From: Clostridia bacterium
Lineage (GTDB): Bacteria > Bacillota > Clostridia > RGIG6154
Direction of reading: 5' to 3'
NCBI GenBank assembly: GCA_045589295.1
Contig: JAZNOU010000010.1
Coordinates: 1-62,914 of the forward strand
Length of the DNA: 62,914 nt
In this document: one piece after another, positions 30,309 to 39,007 of the stretch
Layout: each line of letters begins with the position of its first letter
Numbering within the stretch: the stretch's first letter is position 1
Position numbers and translations under genes: made by a program
Notes under the pieces: model-generated
Seen by the model: the letters and a program-made list of their open reading frames with translations, nothing else
Told to the model about the DNA's origin: nothing
The model's database searches: none

Positions 30309-32867
30309 ATGAAAAAAATTGTTACAGGCATTTTAGCACACGTTGACTCTGGAAAGACAACACTTTCTGAAGAACTGCTTTTCCTCTCGGGGAAAATTCG
30401 TACAAAAGGCAGAGTTGACACTAAAGATGCCTATCTTGACAACAATTCGATTGAGCGTGAAAGGGGAATTACAATCTTTTCAAAGCAGGCAGAGTTTTCA
30501 TATGGTGAAACTTGCTTTACTTTGATTGACACCCCCGGACATATTGATTTTTCAGCCGAAGCGGAATGTACGCTTTCGGTTCTTGACTGTGCAGTTTTGC
30601 TCATAAGCGCATCAGACGGTATTAAAAGCCATACCAAAACGCTGTGGGAACTTTTAAAAAGGCACAATATTCCCACCTTTGTTTTTGTCAACAAAACAGA
30701 CCTTTTAGGATTTGACAAACAAAAAGTTTTTGATGAATTGTCTGCTGAATTTGAGTTTATTTGCGATTTTTCGGAGTTAAATGAAGAATTGTATGAAAAC
30801 ATTGCACTCTCAGGCGATGATTTGATGACAGAATTTTTAGAAAATAACACGTTAAGCGAAAATTCCATAAAAAATGCAATAAAATCAAGAAAGATTTTCC
30901 CTTGCTTTTTTGGGTCAGCTTTAAAGTCAGACGGTACTGAATACTTTTTGAAAAGTCTTGAAAAATTTGCCCCCGAAGTTATATATTCAAAAGACTTTGG
31001 AGCAAAAATTTTTAAAATATCTGAAGATGAAAAGAAAAACCGCTTAACCCATATGAAAATCACGGGCGGAGAGCTTTTGGTTAAGCAGATTGTGCCTGAA
31101 AGCGACAATGAAAAAGTAAATGAAATAAGAGTTTATTCAGGCGAAAAATATACTGCTGTTCAAAATGCAACTGCAGGTGATATTGTTGCCGTTACAGGAC
31201 TTAGTAAGACGCAAATGGGACAGGGACTCGGCTTTGAAGGACAAGAAATGACACTTTCGTCCGAGCCTGTTTTTAACTACTCTGTAATTATTCCTGACGG
31301 ATATGATAAAATTACTGCCTTAAGGAACTTAAAAAAACTCGAAGAGGAAAATATGTTAAAATGTTCCTATAATGCGGGCAACGGTGAAATTACCGCGCAT
31401 TTGATGGGAGACGTTCAGCTTGAAGTTGTAAAACGTATACTTTCTGAAAGATTTTCACTCTCAGCTGAATTTGAAAAAGGTTCAATTATATATAAAGAAA
31501 CAATAAAATCAAAGGTTGAGGGCGTGGGTCACTACGAACCGCTTCGCCATTATGCAGAAGTGCATCTGCTTTTAGAGCCGTTAAAACAGGGAAGCGGAGT
31601 GGTTTTTGCCTCAAATTGCAGTGAGGATTTGCTTGATAAAAACTGGCAAAGACTTATTATGTCTCACCTTTCTGAAAAAACTCACCTGGGTGTTTTAACA
31701 GGCTCGCCAATTACAGATATTAAAATCACATTGAAATCAGGCAAAGCCCACCTAAAACACACCGAGGGCGGAGATTTCAGGCAGGCAACCTACCGCGCGG
31801 TGCGCCATGGGTTAAGATGCACCGAAAGTGTACTTTTAGAGCCGTGGTATGACTTTACTTTAGAAGTTCCGCAGTCTATGGCAGGCAGAGCAATGACTGA
31901 CTTAAACCAGATGGAAGCGGAATTTGGTATGCCCGATATAAAGGGTGATTTTTCGGTTATCTCAGGTATTGCTCCTGTTGAAAAAATGCAGGACTATCAC
32001 AAAACGCTTGTAAATTACACAAAAGGAGAGGGCAGACTGGGTTGTACGCTTAAAGGTTATCTGCCCTGCACAAACCAGCAAGAAGTAATAGAAAAAATCG
32101 GGTACAATCCCGACTCTGACCTTGAAAATCCATGCGGGTCTGTTTTTTGCTCGCACGGAGCAGGGTTTGTAGTTCCATGGAACGAAGTAACAGAAAATAT
32201 GCACTTAGAAAGCGTTCTTTTAAACAAACAGGAAACGGAAATTTCAGCACCTATAAAAAGACAGGCTTTCGTAAGCGCGAGCGACGACGAGCTTATGCGA
32301 ATTTTTGAGCTTACCTACGGAAAGGTTCAGCGAAAAGATTTAAATGTTTTCAATACGCCCAAAACACCTCAACCCCAAAAAGAAAAAAAGATTTCTGTTC
32401 CACTTCCCAAAGACCACTATCTTTTAGTTGACGGCTACAATATTATTTTTGCTGATCAGAACTTAACAGAAATTGCAAAAGACAGTTTAGAGCACGCAAG
32501 AGACGTTTTGATTGACCGACTTAACCGATACAAAATTACAACAGACAAGGACATAATTGTAGTTTTTGATGCTTACAAGGTAAAGGGCGGTCAAGGCGAG
32601 GTCGAAACTATTGGAAATATTTCTGTAGTTTACACAAAAGAAGCAGAAACTGCAGATGCCTATATTGAAAAAACCGCACACAAATTGGAGAAAAAACACA
32701 AGGTTTCTGTTGCGACAAGCGATGCTTTGGAACAGTTAATAATTTTCGGCACGGGTGCTTTAAGAATTCCTGCATCTTCCTTTGTAAAAGAACTTGATGA
32801 AGCAGATAAACTTTTACAAAATATGCTCGAAACTTACAATCGTAACGAAAATTTTAAAAACTCTTAA
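30309..32867 (+). CDS. EF-G/TetM-like translational GTPase fused to C-terminal NYN (YacP/Rae1-like) domain
   Basis: AHVDSGKT, RGITI, DTPGH, NKTD; C-terminal LLVDGYN, VVFDA, ETADAYIE, VATSD. Confidence 0.88.
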   Translation: MKKIVTGILAHVDSGKTTLSEELLFLSGKIRTKGRVDTKDAYLDNNSIERERGITIFSKQAEFSYGETCFTLIDTPGHIDFSAEAECTLSVLDCAVLLISASDGIKSHTKTLWELLKRHNIPTFVFVNKTDLLGFDKQKVFDELSAEFEFICDFSELNEELYENIALSGDDLMTEFLENNTLSENSIKNAIKSRKIFPCFFGSALKSDGTEYFLKSLEKFAPEVIYSKDFGAKIFKISEDEKKNRLTHMKITGGELLVKQIVPESDNEKVNEIRVYSGEKYTAVQNATAGDIVAVTGLSKTQMGQGLGFEGQEMTLSSEPVFNYSVIIPDGYDKITALRNLKKLEEENMLKCSYNAGNGEITAHLMGDVQLEVVKRILSERFSLSAEFEKGSIIYKETIKSKVEGVGHYEPLRHYAEVHLLLEPLKQGSGVVFASNCSEDLLDKNWQRLIMSHLSEKTHLGVLTGSPITDIKITLKSGKAHLKHTEGGDFRQATYRAVRHGLRCTESVLLEPWYDFTLEVPQSMAGRAMTDLNQMEAEFGMPDIKGDFSVISGIAPVEKMQDYHKTLVNYTKGEGRLGCTLKGYLPCTNQQEVIEKIGYNPDSDLENPCGSVFCSHGAGFVVPWNEVTENMHLESVLLNKQETEISAPIKRQAFVSASDDELMRIFELTYGKVQRKDLNVFNTPKTPQPQKEKKISVPLPKDHYLLVDGYNIIFADQNLTEIAKDSLEHARDVLIDRLNRYKITTDKDIIVVFDAYKVKGGQGEVETIGNISVVYTKEAETADAYIEKTAHKLEKKHKVSVATSDALEQLIIFGTGALRIPASSFVKELDEADKLLQNMLETYNRNENFKNS

Positions 32868-33083
32868 CAACTTTGGAAAATTAATGAAAAATACACAAGT
32901 TATCTACACTTTATCTGCCTTCATATTGTAGATAACTCGGTAAAAACCTATATTTTATGGGCTTGTTTTGTACAAAAGGATGTTGATAACCGAAAAAAAG
33001 TGTCTACAACTGATACTTTTCCAAAAATTCGACAATTTTGTAACAAATGGCTTAACAAAGGGCTTTTTCGACAAATTTATGCT

Positions 33084-33113
33084 AAAACCCCCACTCAACC
33101 TGAGTGGGGGTTT
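33084..33113. terminator. Bidirectional terminator
   Basis: AACCCCCACTCA-acc-TGAGTGGGGGTT. Confidence 0.75.
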
Positions 33114-33115
33114 GT

Positions 33116-33355
33116 TTAATCATTTTCAATATCTACTAACTTGGAAACAGGAACATTTAAAACTTCGCCTATTACAAAAAGTGTTTTAAGTGATGGGCAG
33201 AAATAACAATTTGGTCCTTCGAGCTGAGAAATATATCCCGGAGATAAATCACAGGCTTCTGCCAACTCTTCTTGAGTCATTCCGCAAAGTTTTCTGTAAT
33301 AAGAAATTTTTAGCCCTATTTTAATTAAATTCATTTTATACTGTTGTTCCTGCAT
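33116..33355 (-). CDS. XRE-family HTH regulator
   Basis: IGLKISYYRK..MTQEELAE..LS..YISQLE..PSLKTL. Confidence 0.85.
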   Translation of the reverse strand: MQEQQYKMNLIKIGLKISYYRKLCGMTQEELAEACDLSPGYISQLEGPNCYFCPSLKTLFVIGEVLNVPVSKLVDIEND

Positions 33356-33466
33356 ATTTCTCACCTCACAGTATTTATTATAAACTATTTACAAAAATAT
33401 TATGACGTGATAAAATATAGTAAATACTATGTTATGCATAGTAATTAAATGAAAGGAGATAGTAAA

Positions 33467-33700
33467 ATGGATGTTAAGGTTGAACTTTTAAAAGAATATA
33501 TTGCAGACCATATAGTAAACCATATAGATGATTTTGAAATTGATGCTGACCAAATTGCAGACACCACAGCAATAAAAATTGTGCGCGAAATAAGTGCTGT
33601 GCTTAAAAATGAGGCTTATGACGATATTGATATGATAGAAGAAATTGTAATGATATTTGAAAAATACAGTCTTGACACAGGCGGTTGTCACGATTATTAA
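33467..33700 (+). CDS. Hypothetical small acidic protein
   Basis: RBS AAGGAG, 77-aa ORF ending GGCHDY, followed by hairpin. Confidence 0.7.
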   Translation: MDVKVELLKEYIADHIVNHIDDFEIDADQIADTTAIKIVREISAVLKNEAYDDIDMIEEIVMIFEKYSLDTGGCHDY

Positions 33701-33745
33701 AAAAATCCCGCAAGATAAACTTGCGGGATAAATTTTTGGAAATAA

Positions 33746-34138
33746 TTATCTCTTTGAGAACTGTGGTGCACGACGAGCTGCTTTTAAGCCGTATTTCTTT
33801 CTTTCCTTCATTCTTGGGTCTCTTGTTAAGAAACCTTCTTTTTTAAGAATTGCTCTGAAAGATTCATCTGCATCTAAAAGTGCTCTTGAAAGACCGTGAC
33901 GGATAGCACCTGCCTGACCTGTGAAACCGCCGCCCTGTACGTTAACAAACACGTCGAATTTAGCGAGTGTATCTGTTACAACCAATGGCTGACGAACGAT
34001 CATTTTGAGTGTATCCAAACCGAAATATTCATCAATTGATTTTCCGTTGATTACGATATTTCCTTTACCAGGTAACAATCTTACTCTGGCAATTGATTTT
34101 TTTCTTCTACCTGTTCCGGTTAATGCTGCTTTTGCCAT
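33746..34138 (-). CDS. rpsI: 30S ribosomal protein S9
   Basis: [26 protein letters not shown]. Confidence 0.98.
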   Translation of the reverse strand: MAKAALTGTGRRKKSIARVRLLPGKGNIVINGKSIDEYFGLDTLKMIVRQPLVVTDTLAKFDVFVNVQGGGFTGQAGAIRHGLSRALLDADESFRAILKKEGFLTRDPRMKERKKYGLKAARRAPQFSKR

Positions 34139-34152
34139 TTTTAGTTACCTCC

Positions 34153-34590
34153 TTATCTGATTTCTCTTGTCCAAAGTTCAGGTTTCTGAGCCTGATTTTC
34201 ATGCTCACTGCCTGCATAAACTCTTAATCTCTTTAATGCTTTAGCACCGAGAGTTGTTTTTGGAATCATACCTTTTACTGCATATTCCATTGCTCTTGTT
34301 GGGAATTTTTCAAGCATTTTGTTGTACTTGATTTCCTTGATGCCGCCAATCCAACCTGTGTGGTGGAAATATGACTTATCTTCTGCTTTTTTACCTGTCA
34401 TAACAGCTTTTTCGCAGTTGATAATGATTACATGATCACCGCAATCAGCATGTGGTGTAAAAGTAGGAAGATGTTTGCCTCTTAAGATTGCTGCTGCCTG
34501 AGCTGCAACACGTCCTAAAGGTTTGCCTTCAGCATCTATGATATACCATTTTCTCTCGATATTTTCTGCATTTGCCATAAATGTACGCAT
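34153..34590 (-). CDS. rplM: 50S ribosomal protein L13
   Basis: [27 protein letters not shown]. Confidence 0.98.
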   Translation of the reverse strand: MRTFMANAENIERKWYIIDAEGKPLGRVAAQAAAILRGKHLPTFTPHADCGDHVIIINCEKAVMTGKKAEDKSYFHHTGWIGGIKEIKYNKMLEKFPTRAMEYAVKGMIPKTTLGAKALKRLRVYAGSEHENQAQKPELWTREIR

Positions 34591-34727
34591 AGAAAAAACC
34601 TCCTCGTTTAAAATACTATGCCATTTTAATACAAGGAGATTTATTTGTCAATAACTTTTTTAAAAGTTTTTTTATTGTGATATGTTTTCTTTGTTTTTCT
34701 TCGTTTTTTGGCTTTTTTTGAAGTTTT

Positions 34728-35222
34728 TTAATCAACAAATTTATTTTTTGTTTTAAGTCCGTCCATAATTTTTTTAATTCTTGGGCGGTTGTAACGCTGT
34801 ATCATTATAAAAGGAACATTGCCTAAGGCATAAAGAATTGCAAAGGTTATGCCCCACATTTTATTCTGATTTACAAAATAAAACACAGGAGAAATTAAAA
34901 TTAAAAGCCTGTGGCAAAACTCTGCCCGCACAGTTTCTAAATAAAATCTTTCAAGATATCCTTTGTTTATGCTTTTTAAATTACCTTTTGAAAAACCTTT
35001 GTGAACTATCTCGGAAAATTGGGGCACTTTGTCCTTCCAACGTTGAATTTTAAATTTATCATAAACTCTTCCGCCTTTTTCAAACTTTAATTCATTATAT
35101 AGCGAATTATTTTGGGGCTGAAAGTATTTTGCAGGAATAAGTGCTATTATGCTCCCTGCAACCAGTCCTGCTATTATTGTAAATATACAATTATATAATA
35201 AAAGCGCAAAAAACATTTTCAT
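34728..35222 (-). CDS. CrtO-like membrane acyltransferase family protein
   Basis: WKDKVP, ETVRAEFCH, GNVPFIMIQRYNRPR. Confidence 0.6.
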   Translation of the reverse strand: MKMFFALLLYNCIFTIIAGLVAGSIIALIPAKYFQPQNNSLYNELKFEKGGRVYDKFKIQRWKDKVPQFSEIVHKGFSKGNLKSINKGYLERFYLETVRAEFCHRLLILISPVFYFVNQNKMWGITFAILYALGNVPFIMIQRYNRPRIKKIMDGLKTKNKFVD

Positions 35223-35332
35223 TTCAAAATTTTCCTTTACACTTTGGTAAAATTGTGGTACAATATCTTTATATTAGTACAAATTTTAAAAACTGTCAAT
35301 ATTTATAAAGTCCGCATACGAGGAGGTTTATT

Positions 35333-35629
35333 ATGGCTAAGAAAAAAATTGAAGAGCTTATCTACAAAGAAAGACCGCTTACAAGACGCGGAAACGAAAT
35401 GTTTTATGGCTTTATTGATGATAAGTTTTTGGCAAAGCTGACTGTTAAAGAAACAGAAACTATCGATAATATCAACGTTTCAACCAAAATTATGGTTCAG
35501 CTTATTACCAATAACACCTATTTAGAGGGAAAAGAAAGGGTTATAAAGCAAAAAGAAGCTACAGGTCTTTACTCTGCACTAGATTTAGGCTACGTTTGGC
35601 TTGAAGATGCACTTTCATATGATAATTAA
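35333..35629 (+). CDS. Conserved hypothetical protein
   Basis: RBS GGAGG; LIYKERPLTR..GLYSALDLG.VWL. Confidence 0.75.
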   Translation: MAKKKIEELIYKERPLTRRGNEMFYGFIDDKFLAKLTVKETETIDNINVSTKIMVQLITNNTYLEGKERVIKQKEATGLYSALDLGYVWLEDALSYDN

Positions 35630-35668
35630 CAATGTTTAAAAAGATGCGGTTTTTAATCGCATCTTTTT

Positions 35669-36139
35669 TTAATAGTTTTGTTTCATACGCTCTTTCCTTA
35701 AATAATATCTTTTTTCTGCCATAAAATATTCATACTCTTCCATATCCGATATAAGCTTTAAGGGCGGAACTTCACAAGGCTTTTCATTTTCATCAAGTGC
35801 CACCATCACAAGATATGCAGTGTTAATTAGTGTCTGTTCTCCCGAAAGTTCCTCAACATACGTTTTAACGCATACTTCCATTGAGGTTTTACCTGCATAA
35901 GTTATATAGCCCTCTAAAACCACAGTATCATTAGGATGTGCCGCACCTTTAAATTTTAATGAATCAACTGCAGCGGTTGTGACATTTTTGCCTGAATGCC
36001 GTCTTGCTACAACGGCGGCAACGATATCAATCCACACCATAAGCTTTCCGCCGAAAAGCCTGTTGTAGCCATTGATGCTTCCCTGAGTTAAGACCTCAAC
36101 GTGTGTTGCTCTTGAATAATCAACTGTTTTTGGTTTCAT
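35669..36139 (-). CDS. Acyl-CoA thioesterase (hotdog fold)
   Basis: NGYNRLFGG, GKTSMEV, VALD. Confidence 0.9.
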   Translation of the reverse strand: MKPKTVDYSRATHVEVLTQGSINGYNRLFGGKLMVWIDIVAAVVARRHSGKNVTTAAVDSLKFKGAAHPNDTVVLEGYITYAGKTSMEVCVKTYVEELSGEQTLINTAYLVMVALDENEKPCEVPPLKLISDMEEYEYFMAEKRYYLRKERMKQNY

Positions 36140-36171
36140 ATAATCTCCATCATAATTTTTTGATATTTGTC

Positions 36172-36200
36172 TTGATTTTTATAAAAATATGTGTTATACT
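36172..36200 (+). promoter_or_regulatory. SigA promoter of tRNA-Arg
   Basis: TTGATT-17-TATACT. Confidence 0.65.
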
Positions 36201-36233
36201 ACCACTATTGATTAGCAAAAATCAAAAAAATAT

Positions 36234-36310
36234 GCACCCTTAGCTCAGCTGGATAGAGTAACTGGCTACGAACCAGTAGGTCGGGGGTTCGAATCCCTCA
36301 GGGTGTGCCA
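36234..36310 (+). tRNA. tRNA-Arg (anticodon ACG), CCA encoded
   Basis: Acceptor stem GCACCCT/AGGGTGT, D-arm, ACTGG-CTACGAA-CCAGT, GGTTCGAATCC; terminator hairpin 36313-36340. Confidence 0.97.
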
Positions 36311-36368
36311 TACAAAGCATCGGCGTTTGTCGGTGCTTTGTTGCTTTTTTAAAATTTAAAAGCTGACC

Positions 36369-37055
36369 TTAATGGTCAGCTTTTTTTATTAAATCTGTTA
36401 TTACTTTTTGTGCTATTAAAAGCCCGCAAACAGACGGAACATACGATATGCTTGCAGGTGTGCCCTCAGTTTTAACGGGGGGTTCTTTTGAATAAACTAC
36501 ATCAAGCCTTTCAATTCCCCTTGCCCTTAATTCTTTTCGCATTACTCTTGCCAAAGGACAGCTTTCGGTTTTGTAAAGGTCTGTAATCTCAAAACGTGTT
36601 GCGTCAAGTTTATTGCCTGCACCCATTGCGCTCACAATCTTTACTCCGCTTTGCTTTGCCCTTAACACTATTTCAATTTTAGCCGACACTGTGTCTACTG
36701 CGTCTACGATATAATCGTAACCTGAAAAATCAATTTCGTGTGCATTTTCAGGCAGGTAAAACATATCAAACACTTTAACCTTAATATCCGGATTTATATC
36801 TTCAAGTCTTTTTTTTATAATTTCAGTTTTTTTCATTCCCACAGTGCTAGAAAGTGCAATTATCTGGCGGTTTATATTACTTTCTGACACAACATCCTTA
36901 TCAACAACATCAACAGTCCCGACGCCTGCGCGCCCAAGAGCTTCTGCCGTAAATCCGCCAACCCCGCCTACGCCGAATATTAAAACCTTTGAGTTTTTTA
37001 AAAGCTCAACAGACTGTTTTCCTATTAATTTTTCGGTGCGTGAAAATCTTTCCAT
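36369..37055 (-). CDS. tcdA: tRNA threonylcarbamoyladenosine dehydratase (ThiF family)
   Basis: GVGGVG, SNINRQ, SAMGAGNK, CPLARVMR, VYSKE. Confidence 0.88.
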   Translation of the reverse strand: MERFSRTEKLIGKQSVELLKNSKVLIFGVGGVGGFTAEALGRAGVGTVDVVDKDVVSESNINRQIIALSSTVGMKKTEIIKKRLEDINPDIKVKVFDMFYLPENAHEIDFSGYDYIVDAVDTVSAKIEIVLRAKQSGVKIVSAMGAGNKLDATRFEITDLYKTESCPLARVMRKELRARGIERLDVVYSKEPPVKTEGTPASISYVPSVCGLLIAQKVITDLIKKADH

Positions 37056-37101
37056 TATTTCTCCTTAAAAATTAAAAGCAGTTTTAAACTGCTTTTAATT
37101 T

Positions 37102-37572
37102 TTATAAAATTTCTAAAATTTTAACCTGATATTCGCTCTCAGAAGTCTTAACAGTAACAACATCTTCAGCCTTTGCGCCAATTAGCGCTTTTCCTAAAGG
37201 ACATTCAGATGAAATTTTGTTGTTAGCCGGGTCAACCTCTTTTGAGCCAACAATTGTGTAAGTTTCTTCTTCCTCAAATTCCATATCAAATATTTTAACG
37301 GTTGAGCCAAAAGAAACCTGTGATTTGTCATTGTTTTCTTCCATTATTTTTGCATTTTTAATTATGTTTTCAAGCTCGGCAATTTTGGATTCAACTCTAG
37401 CCTGCTCGTCTTTTGCTTCGTCGTATTCAGAGTTTTCCGAAAGGTCGCCGTAAGAACGCGCAAGTTTTAATCTTTCTGCAACTTCGCCTCTTGTTACGGT
37501 TTTTAAATGCTCAAGTTCAGCAACCAATTTATCATAGCCTGCTTGAGTTATTTCTACCTGTTTTATACCCAT
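37102..37572 (-). CDS. greA: Transcription elongation factor GreA
   Basis: GDLSENSEYDEAK, IS.ECPLG.AL. Confidence 0.96.
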   Translation of the reverse strand: MGIKQVEITQAGYDKLVAELEHLKTVTRGEVAERLKLARSYGDLSENSEYDEAKDEQARVESKIAELENIIKNAKIMEENNDKSQVSFGSTVKIFDMEFEEEETYTIVGSKEVDPANNKISSECPLGKALIGAKAEDVVTVKTSESEYQVKILEIL

Positions 37573-37641
37573 TTTACTATCTCCGTTTCGTATATTAACA
37601 TTTCAACATTATACACGGCTTTTTACCTTTTGTCAATATCA

Positions 37642-38274
37642 TTATTTTGACATTAACTCTCTTATTTTGACATCTTTCACCATGTTACTGTTTTCCTCTA
37701 AACACTTTACAAAAACCCCGTTTATTTCATAAATTCCCTTTTCATAAAATTCGTCATGGCATTTTAGTTTTATATCATAATATGTTTTTCCGCTTTTTGC
37801 TTCTTTTATTAAAAATTTATTATTCAAAAATACGGCAATTTTTTCCGTAACACAAGTTGAATTTTTGACAAATGGCGTAAGCCCCGCCTCTAATCCAAGA
37901 AAATCAAACTCGCTTTGCGGAATAGGGGAATAAATATTCATAAAACGCACAATAAGTGCTATTTTTGTTAATATTTCAATGTTTTTTTTACTTAAATTTT
38001 CAACGTAAACACCAATGGGCATTTCATATAAATCCACACCGTGCCGTGCGCTTATTTTCTCAAGCGTCTCTTTTGGAAAAAATGACATCAGACTTTGATT
38101 TTGAGAAAACAATTGTTCAAAATCGTAAGATATAGTAAAGTCTTCGGGACTTTTTTTTATTATCTTTCTTGCCCTTTTTAAAGTTTTTGTGTATATGATT
38201 TCAAATTCAAAATCTTGGATGTTTATTTTTTCTTTCTTCTTTTTTCTGCTCTTTCGTATTATTTGTACTTTCAT
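37642..38274 (-). CDS. Hypothetical protein
   Basis: Long ORF with RBS AAGGTG before MKVQIIRK; no recognised motif. Confidence 0.55.
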   Translation of the reverse strand: MKVQIIRKSRKKKKEKINIQDFEFEIIYTKTLKRARKIIKKSPEDFTISYDFEQLFSQNQSLMSFFPKETLEKISARHGVDLYEMPIGVYVENLSKKNIEILTKIALIVRFMNIYSPIPQSEFDFLGLEAGLTPFVKNSTCVTEKIAVFLNNKFLIKEAKSGKTYYDIKLKCHDEFYEKGIYEINGVFVKCLEENSNMVKDVKIRELMSK

Positions 38275-38307
38275 ATTTTCACCTTTAAAAGAAATTATGC
38301 TTTCTTT

Positions 38308-38334
38308 CACAAAAATATAACCTGCTCATATGAT
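38308..38334 (+). promoter_or_regulatory. Candidate mother-cell (SigK/SigE-type) promoter of cotJABC
   Basis: AC (38309-38310), 16 nt spacer, CATATGAT (38327-38334), matching AC-N16-CATANNNT. Confidence 0.5.
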
Positions 38335-38379
38335 GAAATTGAAGATATTTTCTTCAGTTTATGTGAAAGGACTTTTTTT

Positions 38380-38565
38380 ATGACTAATAATTGTATGCCC
38401 GGCGGTAACTGGTCCGACGTTAAGCGTCCGCTTGCGCAGGCCTTTGTTGTAAGACAAGGCGAAGGCGAAGATATGTTTTGCCCGGCGGAAGCTTTGAAAA
38501 AAGGCACTGTTTATCCCGCTCTTTATATGCCATACACTTTCTGGAGGTTTAAAAATGAAGAATAA
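38380..38565 (+). CDS. cotJA: Spore coat protein CotJA
   Basis: PLAQAFV..Q...EALKKGTVYPAL..PY; precedes cotJB. Confidence 0.85.
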   Translation: MTNNCMPGGNWSDVKRPLAQAFVVRQGEGEDMFCPAEALKKGTVYPALYMPYTFWRFKNEE

Positions 38566-38803
38566 TGAAATGCTCTCAAGGCTTATGGCTCTTAATTTTT
38601 CTATGATTGATTTAAACCTTTATCTTGACACACATCCTTGCGATGCGGACACAATAAAAAGATTTAATGAACTGAAAAAGGAATATGAAGATTTAAAATG
38701 TGAATACGAAAAGATTTACGGCACACTTACGCCCGGGACTATCGACAAAGCCGAATGGACATGGCTTTCAGACCCATGGCCGTGGGAAAAAATGTTTTAT
38801 TAA
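38555..38803 (+). CDS. cotJB: Spore coat protein CotJB
   Basis: DLNLYLDTHP, YGTL, WTWLSDPWPWE. Confidence 0.95.
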   Translation: MKNNEMLSRLMALNFSMIDLNLYLDTHPCDADTIKRFNELKKEYEDLKCEYEKIYGTLTPGTIDKAEWTWLSDPWPWEKMFY

Positions 38804-38820
38804 GGAGGATTTTTTAAAAT

Positions 38821-39007
38821 ATGTGGATTTATCAGAAAAATCTTGAATACCCGGTCAACATCAAAAGACCTGACCCGAAGATGGCTCAGCTTATCTTATC
38901 ACAGTACGGCGGTCCCGACGGCGAGCTTGGTGCATCGCTTCGTTACCTTTCTCAGCGATATTCAATGCCTACCAAAGAGGCAAAAGGTCTTTTAACCGAT
39001 ATTGGTA
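38821..39007 (+). CDS. cotJC: CotJC (Mn-catalase family), 5' segment, codons 1-62, interrupted by element 1
   Basis: MWIYQKNLEYPV, QYGGPDGELGASLRYLSQRY, LLTDIG; similarity stops at GGTA. Confidence 0.93.

Noticed and set aside
30309-32867. Tetracycline resistance gene (tetM/tetW/tetO)
   Set aside because: Longer than ribosomal protection proteins, carries a NYN domain and sits in housekeeping context
34728-35222. Carotenoid biosynthesis cluster
   Set aside because: Only one CrtO-like gene; no other crt genes in the window
36234-36340. tRNA-Arg as integration site
   Set aside because: No duplicated tRNA 3' end seen and no adjacent integrase
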